DNA from: a virus | Taxonomy: Duplodnaviria > Caudoviricetes | IMG/VR virus record: IMGVR_UViG_3300012971_001434 | Location: 3,013 to 67,012 of that record | DNA: 64,000 nt | Direction: 5' to 3' (one strand) | Shown: one piece after another, positions 46,133 through 57,838 of the stretch | Layout: the number at the start of each line of letters is the position of its first letter | Position numbering within the stretch: the first letter of the stretch is position 1 | The notes under the pieces: generated by a model | What the model was told of the DNA's origin: nothing | The model's input: only the letters and a program-made list of their open reading frames with translations | Databases searched by the model: none | Position numbers and translations under genes: made by a program

Positions 46133-47644
46133 TTATTGCAAAATCGCCTCGATATTGCCGATAAGCACCCGCGACGTGCCGTCCGTGGTATTAATATTGA
46201 AATCCAGGGAGCAGGCCTGCCCTGCACTGACGCTACAGGTGGATCCCGCATTGGTGGCCGGCGAAATCACGGGCTGGCCATTGAGCGTACAGGGCGTCCC
46301 AAAGGCGCCAACGCCACAGGTACAGGCGGTGGTCAGGATACTGGTGAGACTTTGCCCGGTGAGAATGGGCAGGATGCTGAGGGTGCCGGCATCCACTTTG
46401 CACGACATGGCGAGGAGTTTGAGCGGACGATGATACAGGTTCGTCCAGACCGTAGGACTGTCATTGCCGGCGACGAGGAACGGCGAGGACTGATCCGGGT
46501 CGCCCACGAACAAGGAGAAGGGTCGCTGCTTCAAGTAGTCTTCGGGCGTGCCATCCCACAGGCGCCATTTCGTGGCCGGGCCATCATACCACACCGGCTT
46601 ACAGAGCTTCGGCGCAATCGTCACATCATCGCTGAGGTCCATCTGATTGGCGGGGGCTGAGCCGCTATCGAGGGCGCCCAACACCAGGAAATTGGCGGTG
46701 CCCACATTACAGAGGTTTTTGATCGTGCCCGCCGAGAGCCCCCCTGAGGCCAACCCGGTAATGCGGCAACTGGTGACCGCGCAGGTAATGCTCACAATCG
46801 TCGCCGTTCCAAAGCCGGTCGGATTCCAGTCGTTGGTCGTTGCGCTGGAGAGCGTCGGCGCGATCTGTCCGGGAAAGGCGAACTGGCCGCCCGCTTTGAT
46901 CACGCTCGGATTCGGGAAGGTGCCACTGAGATCGCCTCCCGCCGTGCCACTGACCGGGATGGAGAGTCCCGTGAGATCGCTGGAGGTGAGCAGCCGGCAA
47001 CTCCACGCGGCGGGTCCCCCGCTCACTGGCCCCGCCAGCACACAGTTGTTGGCCACATTGGCTTTCCCCACTTGAAACACGCCGCTGGTGGTAATGGCGG
47101 TCGCCGGCGTCACGGTAAACTCCGCCGGCATGGTCACCTGGATGCTCGTCACCGTGCCACTGCCGGCGCCGGGTGGGGCGGAGTACTGGGTATTACTGAA
47201 GTCCACCAAACTCGTTTGACCATTGGTGGTGCTGTCGTCGTTGAGCGTGCCGATGACAAAGCCCGGTGACGGTGCGGTATCGGTCTGATGACAACGTCCT
47301 CCCGTGCCCACCACCACCAAGGAGCCGCCTTTCCCCGTCGTCGTATTATCAAACACGCAGGGCGCCTCGCCAGAGAGCACATAGACGGCTGAGCCGGTAA
47401 TGCCGGCGTTGGCATTGATGACAAACAGGGGGATATTCGTATCCGTGGCCGTGGCAACAACCAGCTTGGCTTTGCCCCCGGCACCACCCGCCACTTTTTT
47501 ACTAAGAAAATTGAGAGTAGTACCAGTTGTCGTATCGTTGGGCAAAGTGCTAAATGAGGTATTACTCTTTTGCGCCGAGCAGACTGGAGCCATAGACACC
47601 AAGGCCATAAGCAACGTAAGGAGAATCCAGCGTGGCTTATTCAT
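46133..47644 (-). CDS. secreted fibre-like protein
   Basis: Signal peptide MNKPRWILLTLLMALVSMAPVCSA; GTVTSI..FTV and AGGDLSGTFPNPSV motifs typical of tail fibres. Confidence 0.8.
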   Translation of the reverse strand: MNKPRWILLTLLMALVSMAPVCSAQKSNTSFSTLPNDTTTGTTLNFLSKKVAGGAGGKAKLVVATATDTNIPLFVINANAGITGSAVYVLSGEAPCVFDNTTTGKGGSLVVVGTGGRCHQTDTAPSPGFVIGTLNDDSTTNGQTSLVDFSNTQYSAPPGAGSGTVTSIQVTMPAEFTVTPATAITTSGVFQVGKANVANNCVLAGPVSGGPAAWSCRLLTSSDLTGLSIPVSGTAGGDLSGTFPNPSVIKAGGQFAFPGQIAPTLSSATTNDWNPTGFGTATIVSITCAVTSCRITGLASGGLSAGTIKNLCNVGTANFLVLGALDSGSAPANQMDLSDDVTIAPKLCKPVWYDGPATKWRLWDGTPEDYLKQRPFSLFVGDPDQSSPFLVAGNDSPTVWTNLYHRPLKLLAMSCKVDAGTLSILPILTGQSLTSILTTACTCGVGAFGTPCTLNGQPVISPATNAGSTCSVSAGQACSLDFNINTTDGTSRVLIGNIEAILQ

Positions 47645-47778
47645 AGTTTACTATTCCTTTAACTTGCTGAAAGTGCTATGCTTGTGCCTATGTCGGGCAG
47701 GTCGGCCGGCCTCGTAAGTTTCAGTGGCCTTACCCACTGAGAACCCGACATAAACCGCTTCGCCTGTAAGGAGGCATC

Positions 47779-48420
47779 ATGCCCGCATTTCGTGATCTTC
47801 GTGGATTTCCCCCTTTTGGACGATTGACCGTTGATGAACGTGGGCCAAATGGTCCCCACGGCCATGCACAATGGTGGTGTGACTGCGCCTGCGGTGCACG
47901 GATTTTGCTTCCCGGTGTCAGTCTGTATTCTGGACGCACACAAAGTTGTGGGTGCTTGCACACAGAAATCATGCAGGCGCGCAATACAACGCATGGCTTG
48001 GCACATCTGCCTGAATACAGCATCTGGCAGGCTATGAAACGCCGCTGTAATAACCCCAAGCATCCTGACTACCGCAATTATGGCGGACGAGGGATAACTG
48101 TTTGCGATGCATGGCAAAACTCGTTTCTTGTGTTCTTGGCTGAGATGGGACCACGCCCCGCCTCTGGGCTTACCATAGAGCGTGCTTCCACACTCACCAT
48201 AGAACGTGTCGATAATGATGGCCCATACAGCAAGACCAATTGTGTTTGGACGTCCTATGTCGTCCAAGGAAACAATCGCCGTGTGAATCGCCGCGTCACC
48301 TATGAAGGCAAGAGCTATACCGTAGCCCAACTGGCCCGTCATTTGGATATGTCTTATAGTAAGGCTTATGATAGGTTTGTCAGGCCCTTTAATCGGACCG
48401 GAACCTCTGATAGCCCGTAA
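47779..48420 (+). CDS. free-standing HNH homing endonuclease
   Basis: FGRLTV..WCDCACG..SCGC..YGGRGITVC..IERVDNDGPY..NC; own promoter and hairpin leader. Confidence 0.88.
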   Translation: MPAFRDLRGFPPFGRLTVDERGPNGPHGHAQWWCDCACGARILLPGVSLYSGRTQSCGCLHTEIMQARNTTHGLAHLPEYSIWQAMKRRCNNPKHPDYRNYGGRGITVCDAWQNSFLVFLAEMGPRPASGLTIERASTLTIERVDNDGPYSKTNCVWTSYVVQGNNRRVNRRVTYEGKSYTVAQLARHLDMSYSKAYDRFVRPFNRTGTSDSP

Positions 48421-48433
48421 CCTCGACATGCTT

Positions 48434-49351
48434 CTACCTTCCGAAAAACGGGAAAAATTGCGCAGGGTTCCCCGCCGCCGGCGCATTCATCACGCTCGGC
48501 AGCGGATTGGTAAAGAAGGCCACGGATCCCGTCTGCGTCGTCTCATACACCCGGCGCACCTCCAGGGCCGACAGCGCCCGGCTCCATACCAGAACTTCAT
48601 CGACGGCGCCGTTGAAGTACCAGCCAGGCGTCGCGCAGCACCCCGCGCCGATATTCCATGGGGTCACGGGATACGGGTAGAAAAAGGCCGCATTGAGCAG
48701 ACTCGTCACGCTCTGGCCGTCGCCGTTGTAGTACATCGCCATGCCCGGCGTCCCGGCACCGGTATGCACGACACACCAATGCTCCCACAACCCCGGCGTA
48801 TAGGGCCAGGACCCTCCCGACCACCGTATGGTTTGAGCGTCGGCATTCGTATCCCCAATCGTAAAGACGGGGTTGGAGCCCCCCACAGCATAGAAGAACC
48901 CGATGCCGATTTGATAGTTAGAGCCATCGATCGCTCCGACGACCAGTTGGGTCCCGGTCTGAATATTGGCCGCTTTGAGCCACACGCACATGCTGAGGGG
49001 TTGCGTGTCCGTCGTGAAGGTATTCTGGGTGCCCCCCGTGGCGTAGTCATTGGTGCCATCGAACGTGAGCTGCGCCAGCGAGGTACGCCGCGTCGCCCCA
49101 TTCCAGCCACTCGCGGCACTATAGCCCATGTTCGTGAGCGTGAGATGCGTGAGGGTGCCGGGCACAAGGTCATAGAAGGTATTGCCCCCGATGAGTCCTG
49201 GTACGGGCCGCCACCAGTGCAGGAGATTCTTGAGCAGCGGATGGGTCAGATCCGCCGTCACCGGACTCCAGCCGACCCCCGGCCATTGGGGCAGGGCCGG
49301 GAGCGGCAGGAGCAACCACAGGATGAGTGTGAGGATGATATACCGTTTCAT
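48434..49351 (-). CDS. secreted LamG-domain protein
   Basis: Signal peptide MKRYIILTLILWLLLPLPALP; FDGTNDY; WEHWCVVH; VDEVLVWSRALS; FFPFF tail. Confidence 0.85.
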   Translation of the reverse strand: MKRYIILTLILWLLLPLPALPQWPGVGWSPVTADLTHPLLKNLLHWWRPVPGLIGGNTFYDLVPGTLTHLTLTNMGYSAASGWNGATRRTSLAQLTFDGTNDYATGGTQNTFTTDTQPLSMCVWLKAANIQTGTQLVVGAIDGSNYQIGIGFFYAVGGSNPVFTIGDTNADAQTIRWSGGSWPYTPGLWEHWCVVHTGAGTPGMAMYYNGDGQSVTSLLNAAFFYPYPVTPWNIGAGCCATPGWYFNGAVDEVLVWSRALSALEVRRVYETTQTGSVAFFTNPLPSVMNAPAAGNPAQFFPFFGR

Positions 49352-49352
49352 A

Positions 49353-49916
49353 CTATTGTTGCTCAGGAGGAATAGGAGTAAACGCACAAGAACTAGTATT
49401 GGCCACGTTTTGCAGAGACAACGTCGTGCCATTCCACACCGCAGGACTAAAATACCTCGTCGGAATCCACGCCATGCCGGACGCCGTCATGGTCGTATTC
49501 GAGGTCGTCTGATCGACCACCACCGTCCCCACCAATTTCAAGTCGCGGCGCTTATCAGCGGTCGTAAGGCTGCCGTTGCTCGTGCCCAGGGCGCCATCCG
49601 CGTAGGTGCCGTCGCTCCAACTCACATAGATCTCGATCTGCGCGCCGACGATGTTCGTCCCTGACAGGGTAAAGGAGCAGGCCCACATCCACTGGCCGGG
49701 CTGCGACCCTGCGCCTTTATCATGCCGTGCTCCGTAGACGCCGGTGAGGGTGGCAAGGTTTTGCAGGGCCATGACATGCGTACTGCCTGAATCGCTGTAG
49801 GTAACAGGAGTACCTGGACTAACATATTGTTTACTAGGAGCACCTATACTTACAGAAGATAGGGAATCAATGCCAAGTACCAGGCATATCGCAAGCAGAA
49901 GCAATCTGTATCTCAT
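49353..49916 (-). CDS. secreted phage-structural-like protein
   Basis: Signal peptide MRYRLLLLAICLVLG...; beta-rich mature part. Confidence 0.75.
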   Translation of the reverse strand: MRYRLLLLAICLVLGIDSLSSVSIGAPSKQYVSPGTPVTYSDSGSTHVMALQNLATLTGVYGARHDKGAGSQPGQWMWACSFTLSGTNIVGAQIEIYVSWSDGTYADGALGTSNGSLTTADKRRDLKLVGTVVVDQTTSNTTMTASGMAWIPTRYFSPAVWNGTTLSLQNVANTSSCAFTPIPPEQQ

Positions 49917-49927
49917 TGATTTTCCTA

Positions 49928-50623
49928 TCATCTTGGTCTATTACCTGTTAGAGCGTAATACACGTCCATTGATGTCAGGCTGCCCACATAGGTCATCGTC
50001 GCCGGTGTGGCCTGTTGGCCATTGCCCGCGCTCGTATCCGCAAACAGGGCCTCCCCGCGCAGCGCTTGGCGCTTGGAAATCGCATAGAGATAACTGCGCT
50101 GCGTCGCTGAGGCCCCCGTGCCACTGAAAATCTTGTCGTAGGCGCTCCTGGTCTGCGGCAGCGAAGGATTGATCTGGCCTGAACGGTTCATGACCTCCCA
50201 GCCGTCACGTTCCTGCACCGACTGCCCGATATAGGTGGTCCAGTTCCAGGTTGATCCGTCATAGGCAGTTGCCTCATAGATCTCTTTTTCACCGAGCTGG
50301 ACCCTCCACACCCAGAAGGCCGACTGCACGACGTTGTAGGCATCGGCGATGGCGGCATGGTGCGCCTCGGCTACCAGGGTGGCGAATTCAGCCTGATTGG
50401 TAATAGTAATATCAGTATTAAGCTGGATATACTGGGCATCGGTAAGACCTTGGGAGCATGCGAAAGATGCCCCCAAGAGGAGAAAAACTAGGCAGAGTGC
50501 TGGCGTTGTGATGCTGCAAGAAAAAATGCCTCGATGCGACGGAGGATCGCGGCGGCTTTCCGTGGACCAAACTTTTGCTTGAGCCAGGGCTCTGGCATGC
50601 GGCGACTTTTGCTTTGATTGCAT
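49928..50623 (-). CDS. phage-type hypothetical protein with signal-like segment; start uncertain
   Basis: LCLVFLLLGASFACSQ, then AFWVWR..W.WT..ERDGW..NPSL..IFSG; nearest in-frame ATG lies inside the HNH gene. Confidence 0.7.
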   Translation of the reverse strand: MQSKQKSPHARALAQAKVWSTESRRDPPSHRGIFSCSITTPALCLVFLLLGASFACSQGLTDAQYIQLNTDITITNQAEFATLVAEAHHAAIADAYNVVQSAFWVWRVQLGEKEIYEATAYDGSTWNWTTYIGQSVQERDGWEVMNRSGQINPSLPQTRSAYDKIFSGTGASATQRSYLYAISKRQALRGEALFADTSAGNGQQATPATMTYVGSLTSMDVYYALTGNRPR

Positions 50624-51435
50624 CCGGTTAATCCCCCACATAAGGGCACCATGTTCGTTGGAACTGTGCCGGGACAGTCTGGATGTGAGAGGGGAATCCA
50701 GTGGTCCATCTGTAATTTCCACCAAAAACCTTCTTCGGTACCACAGACAGCACACCTCTGCTGCCAATAGGTCCGTGCAAACTGTGCATCATCAACAGTA
50801 AATGTGTGTGGTTTCGCATATTTGCGGGTGCGGCGCCGATGGATATTGACCATGTTTTGGTCTCTCGACACTTTTCTCTTTGCTTTCGACCGCCTTCTCT
50901 TTGGTTGTCGAGCTTGTTTACATGGCCGGCACTGTCGTTGCAGGCCGCATAGAGACTCTGGACGTGGGGGGAAAAACTCCCGCGTTTCTGGTAAAAGGGC
51001 ATGACATGCACTGCATTCACGCAATCCATCATGGCGAAGTTTTGGAAGATGAAAATTCTTTGTGCGTTTTCGTTGGTCCTTGGCTTGCAGACACTCCTGG
51101 CATTGGCGTGTGAGGGAAGACCGTTCAGCGTCTGTTTTTCGATAAAAAAACTCCGTTGTGGCAGCCAGGAGGCGATGACATATGGAGCATTCCCGCAATC
51201 CATCTGAGCGCTTATCTCGGCGAAAACGGCGTCCAGGGATTGGCTGTCCTGCTTCGTGTGCCCGCTGTTCCAACGCCTGTCTTTGAGCCGCCTGCGTGCA
51301 CGTCTTACAGTGTGCACGCAGGGGCGTATAGAGATTGCCCGTTTTAGAGAAGTATTCGGAGGTTGCTGGGAAGCTTTCTCCGCATGTTTTACACGTTTTT
51401 GTGCAGATTTCTGGACTATACTCGTCAGTAGCCAT
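50488..51435 (-). CDS. HNH endonuclease with three tandem Zn-finger repeats
   Basis: 3x CxxC..F..CxxC, then CAVC..MDHWIP..N..PLC..CNQSK; low GC. Confidence 0.88.
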   Translation of the reverse strand: MATDEYSPEICTKTCKTCGESFPATSEYFSKTGNLYTPLRAHCKTCTQAAQRQALEQRAHEAGQPIPGRRFRRDKRSDGLRECSICHRLLAATTEFFYRKTDAERSSLTRQCQECLQAKDQRKRTKNFHLPKLRHDGLRECSACHALLPETREFFPPRPESLCGLQRQCRPCKQARQPKRRRSKAKRKVSRDQNMVNIHRRRTRKYAKPHTFTVDDAQFARTYWQQRCAVCGTEEGFWWKLQMDHWIPLSHPDCPGTVPTNMVPLCGGLTGCNQSKSRRMPEPWLKQKFGPRKAAAILRRIEAFFLAASQRQHSA

Positions 51436-51529
51436 TGCGCCTCCCGATAGGTGCAAAGGTTAGGGGTTATGCTGGTGTTCAGAGCACCAGCAGACCCCGA
51501 TATTATATAACATTTTGATTTATAATGCA

Positions 51530-54500
51530 TTAGTTTGTACTCGCAATTACCTGCAAAGAGGCCGTGTCACTACTGTACAATAGCCCCACCATGAGTTCCT
51601 TGGTGGCATCAAGCGGACAAACAGTAGGCGCACTCACAGCCGCGCTATTAATCACATTTCCTGCTACGGCAATAGTCTGCGCGGCTACGGTACACCGCAG
51701 CCGGAGCAGGAAGCGATCACCGTCCACGAGCGTGCCCGAGGTGCCGAGCGTCACGGTGCCCGCGGCGCCCGACATACTCATCTTGCAGTGATTCATCACG
51801 CCATTGCGCGCACAGTTATAGGTCGTACTGGAGGCGATGGTCTGCACGCCGGTGTCAGCGAGATACGCGGTAGTGTCGACGCTCAGCGCGCCGGTGCCGC
51901 CGCTCGTTTTCACAAAGCCATTCGTGGTGAGGTTCGCCAGGGCCGCAATCGTCGGGGTCGTGAGGGTGGCCGAGGTTGCTTTCACATAGGCGCCGCTCCC
52001 CGTCGAGCCGCTGGTATCGACACCCAGCGTCCCGACGCCTCCTGAGGTCGTCACCAGACCATTTGTCGTGAGGTTGGCCAGGGCCGCAATCGTGGGGGTC
52101 GTCAGCGTGGGTGAAGTCGCCTTCACATAATTCCCTGTTCCCGTCACCGCCACGCCCTGAATCGTCGTGGCGCTGGTCCACTCGGCCGCTTGCCCGGCGG
52201 TCGGCGTGCCACTATTGGAGACATTGCCTCCCGTTGCCGGCGTGCCCCACGTGCCATCCCCGCGCCAAAACGTCGTCGCGGAGGCCCCGGTCCCTCCATT
52301 CAAGTTCCCCGTCGGCAGATTGCCCGTGACCCCCGTACTCAGCGGGAGCCCGGTCGCATTGGTGAGCACCGCCGCAGACGGCGTCCCAAGGTTGGGGGTC
52401 GTGAGCGTGGGACTGGTCGCCTTCACATAGATGCCCGTCCCAGTCACCGCGACGCCCTGGATGGTCGTCGCACTCGTCCATTCTGCCGCTTGGCCATTCG
52501 TTGGCGTCGCCACATTGGAGACATTGCCCTTGCTATTAAACGTGCTCCAATCCGTCGCCGTGACATAGCCCTTGGTGGTCGCGGAGGCGCTTTGGCCGTT
52601 CGCATAGTCCAGCGCAATGAGCCCGTTGCCATCATCATTAAAGTCGGCGGCCGTAAACGCCGCCGCGCCTTTGGTTGTGCCATTGGCCGCGGCGTTGGCA
52701 ATGCTGAGCGTGCGGTCCGCACTGAGATCACCGCCTCCCGCCAGCGGGCTGGTCGTCGTCAGCGTCCGGCCCGTGCCGACGACGGCCGTACTGGCGCTCG
52801 GACTTTGGGCCAGGGTGACCTCGGTGCGATTCTGGGCGGCATTGTCGGCGGCCGTGATGGCCGCCCCGATAAAATTGAGCGTGCCACGCTGGGTGAGCGG
52901 GGTACTCTCCTCCTCCACCGTACTGTAGGCCTGGCCACTCCCCGAAATGGTGCAATCGGTGCGGGTAGCGCCGGCATTATCGACGCAGGTCACCCCGGCC
53001 CCCGTAAAGTTCAGGACGCTCCGAGCGGTGAGGCCCGTCCCCTCATCTTGCACCGTGGCATAGCCGCCCGCCCCCGCGGAGGCGTTGAGCGTCGTGCCGC
53101 TCATGGAGAGATTCGTGCCGAGCGTGAGTTCTTGCCAATCCCCCGTCGTCGTCCCACGTCCGAGGAGGAGCGAGGTGGTCGAGGGCGCTAGCAGATTCGC
53201 ATAGGGCAGGCGCCCGGTGACCCCGGTCGTGAGTGGCAGGCCCGTGGCGTTCGTGAGCACCAGCGTCGCGGGCGTGCCCAGGTTCGGGGTGGTGAGCGTC
53301 GGTGAGGTCGCCTTCACGTAGTTGCCGGTCCCCGTCACTGCCACCCCTTGAATCGTGGTGGCACTGGTCCACTCTGCCGTCTGCCCGGCGGTCGGCGTCC
53401 CGGAATTCGAGACATTGCCGCCTCCTCCTGGGGTGGCCCACGTGTTGTCGCCGCGCAAGAAGGTCGTACTGGACGCACCGGTACCCCCGGCTAAGTTGGC
53501 GATCGGGAGGTTACCCGTCACGCCTGTCGCCAGGGGGAGTGCGGTGGCATTGGTCAGCACGGCCGCACTGGGGGTGCCCAGATTGGGCGTCGTGAGGGTG
53601 GGGCTCGTGGCTTTCACATAGCTCCCAGTGCCGGTCACCGCCACGCCTTGAATGACGGTGGAGCTGATCCATTCCGCCGCCTGGTTCGCCGTCGGCGTGC
53701 CCGTATTGGAGACATTGCCGCCCCCGGCCGGGGTGGCCCAGATCCCATCGCCACGCCAGAAGGTGCTCGACGAGGCCGCAGTGCCTCCGGCTAAGTTGGC
53801 CACGGACAGATTCCCCGTGACGCCCGTACTGAGCGGCAACCCTGTCGCATTGGTGAGCACCGCCGCGCTCGGCGTCCCCAGGTTCGGGGTCACCAGGATG
53901 GCCGAGGTCGCTTTGACATAACTCCCAGTGCCGGTCACCGCGATCCCTTGAATGGTCGTGGCGGTGACCCATTCCGCCGCCTGGCCGGCGCTGGGTGTGC
54001 CGCTATTGGAGACATTGCCACCGCCGGTGAGGCCGCTAAAACACGACCCGCCCTTGACACACAGCTCCCCGGCTTCTGCGGGCAGGAAATGCGCCCAGTT
54101 GGTGGCCATACGATCGGGGGGCAGGAGATAGCCCTTATTCCCCTGGCGGTCCTGCCAGGCCAGATAATTGCCCAGATACGCCGCCTGGAGGTTCGCGGCG
54201 ATCAGGGTATGGCCCGTGGGGTCGATCAGCACATTGCCACTGTCCGCCCCCAGCACGCCGGCCCGGTTGTACTGGATATCCCCCGTCACCCCTGCCGGGG
54301 CCCCGCCTCCACCACCCGTGCCCGTGCCACATGGGGCGCCCGTATCGACCAGATTGAGGTTCGTATCCAGTTGCACACAGTGGCCTGGGGTAAAGGGCCC
54401 AAGGCCGGTCATGAGCGCGTGCGCGGTGCCGACCAGCGTCGTGTCCGGCGGCAGGACGATATGCGGCGACTGTTGCGAGTTGTACGTCAGGACGGCCGCG

Positions 54501-57500
54501 CCCAACCGCGCGGAATATTCATAGAGCCAGACATCTTCGGTCGGGCCCCCGGTCGTCGCCGTGGGCAGCGCAATCCCGGTATTCGCCGTCCAGAAGGCTC
54601 CCCACGTAATAGCGCGGCTGACGGTGGAATGCACCCGAAAGCGCAGCGGCTGGCTGGGACGCACCGAGCCACTCGGGATGTCAATGAGCGTGGCCTGCTG
54701 GAGGTCGCTGAGCACGAACACGTCACAGGCGTCGAGATTGAGCACCAGCGGCGTGATCGTGGTGGGCTGCGAGCACTGGCGGGGGGTGACGCGCGTCTGC
54801 GTCACTTCCTGCACATCGGTGGTGCCCAGCAGTTGCCCACTCGGCGCGGCTTTGCTGCTGATGGTGGCGACGCCCGCAGTGACGGTCGAGAGCAGGAGTC
54901 CGGTGGGGAGCGCCGCCAGATTTATACCCGCCGGCATATCGCTTGAGGGTGTGACCAGGAGGGCTTTGGCGGTACTGGAGCCCCCCGCGCTCGGCGGCGC
55001 GGCACACACCAGCGCCCCCGTCCCCTGGATGCCGGTGGCAAACGTCCCGGCCGTCGGGCACGTGAAACCCACAAAACCGGCCAGATCCCCCGTGCCCGTG
55101 GCCGCCTGGAGCGTCCCCGCAGGGCCGACCGGATTGACCAGGAACCCCGAATGCAGCGTCGGAGTGGGCGCGTTATCGACGTACTGCAACTGGCCGCTGG
55201 CGAAGGTCTGCATGGTGCCAGCCTGCCCGACCCCACTCACCAGATTCGCCGTGCCGCCCGCCAGGAAGCCCGGCTTGGTCGACGCCGTCGCCACGGTCGT
55301 GCCGGTGAGCGTCAGCCCGGCGCCCGCCAGCAGCGCGGCCTGGTAGCCGGTACACACGGTCGTCGTCGTACACACGGTCGTCGTGCCACTGAGGTTGCTG
55401 AAGTCCAACTGACTCACCGTCAGCGGGCCGCCGGCGGTGGCCTGTCGCACGACCTGATTCGCCCCGCCCGTCGCGGAGAAATCCGTCGTCCCCGCTGGCA
55501 ACGTCAGGGTGCCACTGCCCGCCACGGCGGCAGCCTGGACGGTCAGGCTCCCGGAGGTCGCGCCGAGGAGCAGGAGGCGCAGCATGGACTGGCCGGCCGG
55601 ATGCGCAAAGCTGTTGGCCTTGGTGAGGTCGGCGGCATTACTCACCATGGCCGCGGTGTAGTCGCCCGCGGTGGCGACAACGGCTCCCGTGCGCCCAAAG
55701 ACACTGCTGACCGCGCCCCCGCCGCCCCCGGCGCCGCCCCCGATATCTGAGGCACAGACAATCTCCCCCGCCACATCCATCGTCAGCTTGCCGCCGTTGG
55801 TGTCGCCCGTACAGGCCGCCGGCGTCACGTTCCATTTCAAATTGCTCTGCGTGAGATAGCCGGTATGCAGGAGGGACACGGACGCCCCATCCGTGTACTG
55901 GAGGCGGCCATCGGCCAAGACTTGCATCTTGCCCTGGTTGTACGCTCCACTCGCCAGATCCGGCACGGCGGCGACGAGAAAGCCGGGGGAGGACGACAGC
56001 GTACTGGCGACACCGCTGCTGAATTGCAGACCATTGCCCCACGTAAACGCCGGTTGCAGGCCGGTGACGGCCGTATCCACATACGTTTTCACCGCCGCTT
56101 GCGTCGGGTACAACGTGTTGCTCGTCCCCAGGCTGGTACTGGTGGCCTTATTCGCGACATTTTCTGGCGTAAAGCCGAGCGTGATGCCCTGCACCGCCGT
56201 ATCCACATAGGTTTTGACGGCGAGTTGCGTGGGATAGAGCAGGTTGCTGCCCCCCAACGTCGTACTATTCGACTTGTTCGCCACGTTTTCGGCCGTAAAG
56301 CCGAGCGCCGCCTGATAGCCCGGACACACCGTTGTCGTCGTGCAGACGGTCCCGGCACCGCCCACATCGCTGAGCGTGAGCTGACTCACCGTAAACGGTC
56401 CCCCCGAGCTGGATTGCCGCAGCACCTGGCTCGGGCCGCCGGTGCCGGAGAAATCCGTCGTGCCGGCCGGGAAGATGAGCAGCGACGTCCCGGCTTGGGG
56501 CGCCGCTTGCAGCGCCAGTTGCCCCGACGTCGCGCCGGGGAGGACGAGGCGCGACATCGTCTGGCCCGCGAAGTGCGTAAAGATATTGGCCGCCGTGCGA
56601 TCGACCGCGTTGGGAATCTGCGCGACCGTATAATCCCCCGTCTGGGCGGTGATGGCGCCGGTCCGTCCAAACACGCTCGTCACCGGCACCGGCGTGACAT
56701 CCACACTCGACGCCACGACATTGCCGTTGGCGTCATACTGGAGTTGTTTGCCCACGAGCAGGGGCCCCGTGGCGGTGAGCACCTCGAGCGTCGTGCCCGT
56801 GCGCGTGCCAGTTACGGGCGCCTGGCCGGGACCGCCGCCAAACAGCGGGGCTTGCAGGGGCAGCGCCGGCGAGGAGGCCATCGTGCTCGCGCTGGGAAAG
56901 TACAGGAGTCCCCCGCCCGTGCCGCTCGTGAGCCCGGTGCCGCCCTGGGATACCGTGACCGGCACCGTGAGGCCGGCAGCCCCGCCAATGTCCGCCGTCG
57001 AGGCCACGACGTTGCCGTTGGCATCGAACGCTAATTGTTTGTTGGGGGTGATGGTGCCAAGGACGGTCGCCAGCTCCCGCGTGGTCCCCGACAGCGTGCC
57101 GGTCACGGGCGCCTGACCCGGTCCCCCGCCCAGTAACGGGGCATTGAGCGGCAGCGTCGCGGTCGCCAGCATGGTCGTCGGCGTGCTGAAGTACAGGAGG
57201 CCTCCGGTCGAACCGCTCGTGAGTCCGGTACCGCCCTGGGGCACGGGGACGGGCAGCGCCAGGCCTCCGGTGCCGCCACCAATATCGGTGGCGCTGGCAA
57301 TGACGTTGCCGTTGGCATCAAAGGCCAATTGTTTGTTGGGGGTCAGAGCGCCCAGGACACTCGCCACCTCGAGCGTCGTGCCCGTGCGCGTGCCGGTGAG
57401 AGGCGCGTTGCCGGGGCCGCCCCCAAAGAGGGGGGCATTGAGCGGTAAGGCGCCGGTTGAGGCAAGCGTGGTCGGACTGCTAAAGTACGGCAGGCCGCCG

Positions 57501-57823
57501 GTGGTGCCCAGCGTCAGGCCGGTGCCGCCTTGTGCGACGGGCAGGGGGGCCGCCAGATGGGTGGCGGTCACCTGGCCGGCCGCTGACACATCCACGCCGC
57601 TGGGGACGAGGCCCTGCACCATGTTTGCGGTGACCGGCGCGCAGACGAGGAGTCCCGTCGTGGCAATGCCGATGCCGACCTCGTTCACACACTGACTGGC
57701 CGGAAAGGTGGGAGGGGCGCCGCCCCCACCACCCCCCGGCGGTAGGGTCTGCGCCGGCCCGTGGGCCGGCCCGAGCAGAAGCGTTCCAACTAGCAGCCAG
57801 CAGAGCAGGAGAGCACGGCGCAT
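51530..57823 (-). CDS. 2097-aa repetitive tail-fibre-like protein with signal peptide
   Basis: [24 protein letters not shown]; [47 protein letters not shown] repeats. Confidence 0.88.
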   Translation of the reverse strand: MRRALLLCWLLVGTLLLGPAHGPAQTLPPGGGGGGAPPTFPASQCVNEVGIGIATTGLLVCAPVTANMVQGLVPSGVDVSAAGQVTATHLAAPLPVAQGGTGLTLGTTGGLPYFSSPTTLASTGALPLNAPLFGGGPGNAPLTGTRTGTTLEVASVLGALTPNKQLAFDANGNVIASATDIGGGTGGLALPVPVPQGGTGLTSGSTGGLLYFSTPTTMLATATLPLNAPLLGGGPGQAPVTGTLSGTTRELATVLGTITPNKQLAFDANGNVVASTADIGGAAGLTVPVTVSQGGTGLTSGTGGGLLYFPSASTMASSPALPLQAPLFGGGPGQAPVTGTRTGTTLEVLTATGPLLVGKQLQYDANGNVVASSVDVTPVPVTSVFGRTGAITAQTGDYTVAQIPNAVDRTAANIFTHFAGQTMSRLVLPGATSGQLALQAAPQAGTSLLIFPAGTTDFSGTGGPSQVLRQSSSGGPFTVSQLTLSDVGGAGTVCTTTTVCPGYQAALGFTAENVANKSNSTTLGGSNLLYPTQLAVKTYVDTAVQGITLGFTPENVANKATSTSLGTSNTLYPTQAAVKTYVDTAVTGLQPAFTWGNGLQFSSGVASTLSSSPGFLVAAVPDLASGAYNQGKMQVLADGRLQYTDGASVSLLHTGYLTQSNLKWNVTPAACTGDTNGGKLTMDVAGEIVCASDIGGGAGGGGGAVSSVFGRTGAVVATAGDYTAAMVSNAADLTKANSFAHPAGQSMLRLLLLGATSGSLTVQAAAVAGSGTLTLPAGTTDFSATGGANQVVRQATAGGPLTVSQLDFSNLSGTTTVCTTTTVCTGYQAALLAGAGLTLTGTTVATASTKPGFLAGGTANLVSGVGQAGTMQTFASGQLQYVDNAPTPTLHSGFLVNPVGPAGTLQAATGTGDLAGFVGFTCPTAGTFATGIQGTGALVCAAPPSAGGSSTAKALLVTPSSDMPAGINLAALPTGLLLSTVTAGVATISSKAAPSGQLLGTTDVQEVTQTRVTPRQCSQPTTITPLVLNLDACDVFVLSDLQQATLIDIPSGSVRPSQPLRFRVHSTVSRAITWGAFWTANTGIALPTATTGGPTEDVWLYEYSARLGAAVLTYNSQQSPHIVLPPDTTLVGTAHALMTGLGPFTPGHCVQLDTNLNLVDTGAPCGTGTGGGGGAPAGVTGDIQYNRAGVLGADSGNVLIDPTGHTLIAANLQAAYLGNYLAWQDRQGNKGYLLPPDRMATNWAHFLPAEAGELCVKGGSCFSGLTGGGNVSNSGTPSAGQAAEWVTATTIQGIAVTGTGSYVKATSAILVTPNLGTPSAAVLTNATGLPLSTGVTGNLSVANLAGGTAASSSTFWRGDGIWATPAGGGNVSNTGTPTANQAAEWISSTVIQGVAVTGTGSYVKATSPTLTTPNLGTPSAAVLTNATALPLATGVTGNLPIANLAGGTGASSTTFLRGDNTWATPGGGGNVSNSGTPTAGQTAEWTSATTIQGVAVTGTGNYVKATSPTLTTPNLGTPATLVLTNATGLPLTTGVTGRLPYANLLAPSTTSLLLGRGTTTGDWQELTLGTNLSMSGTTLNASAGAGGYATVQDEGTGLTARSVLNFTGAGVTCVDNAGATRTDCTISGSGQAYSTVEEESTPLTQRGTLNFIGAAITAADNAAQNRTEVTLAQSPSASTAVVGTGRTLTTTSPLAGGGDLSADRTLSIANAAANGTTKGAAAFTAADFNDDGNGLIALDYANGQSASATTKGYVTATDWSTFNSKGNVSNVATPTNGQAAEWTSATTIQGVAVTGTGIYVKATSPTLTTPNLGTPSAAVLTNATGLPLSTGVTGNLPTGNLNGGTGASATTFWRGDGTWGTPATGGNVSNSGTPTAGQAAEWTSATTIQGVAVTGTGNYVKATSPTLTTPTIAALANLTTNGLVTTSGGVGTLGVDTSGSTGSGAYVKATSATLTTPTIAALANLTTNGFVKTSGGTGALSVDTTAYLADTGVQTIASSTTYNCARNGVMNHCKMSMSGAAGTVTLGTSGTLVDGDRFLLRLRCTVAAQTIAVAGNVINSAAVSAPTVCPLDATKELMVGLLYSSDTASLQVIASTN
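52080..53990 (-). repeat. about 95-aa repeat, 5 copies (2 partial)
   Basis: [43 protein letters not shown] unit. Confidence 0.9.
56700..57550 (-). repeat. about 97-aa repeat, 3 copies
   Basis: PV.QGGTGLT.G..GGL.YF...LP..APL.GGGPG.AP.TGT unit. Confidence 0.9.
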
Positions 57824-57838
57824 GCAGGCGCTCCAGGG

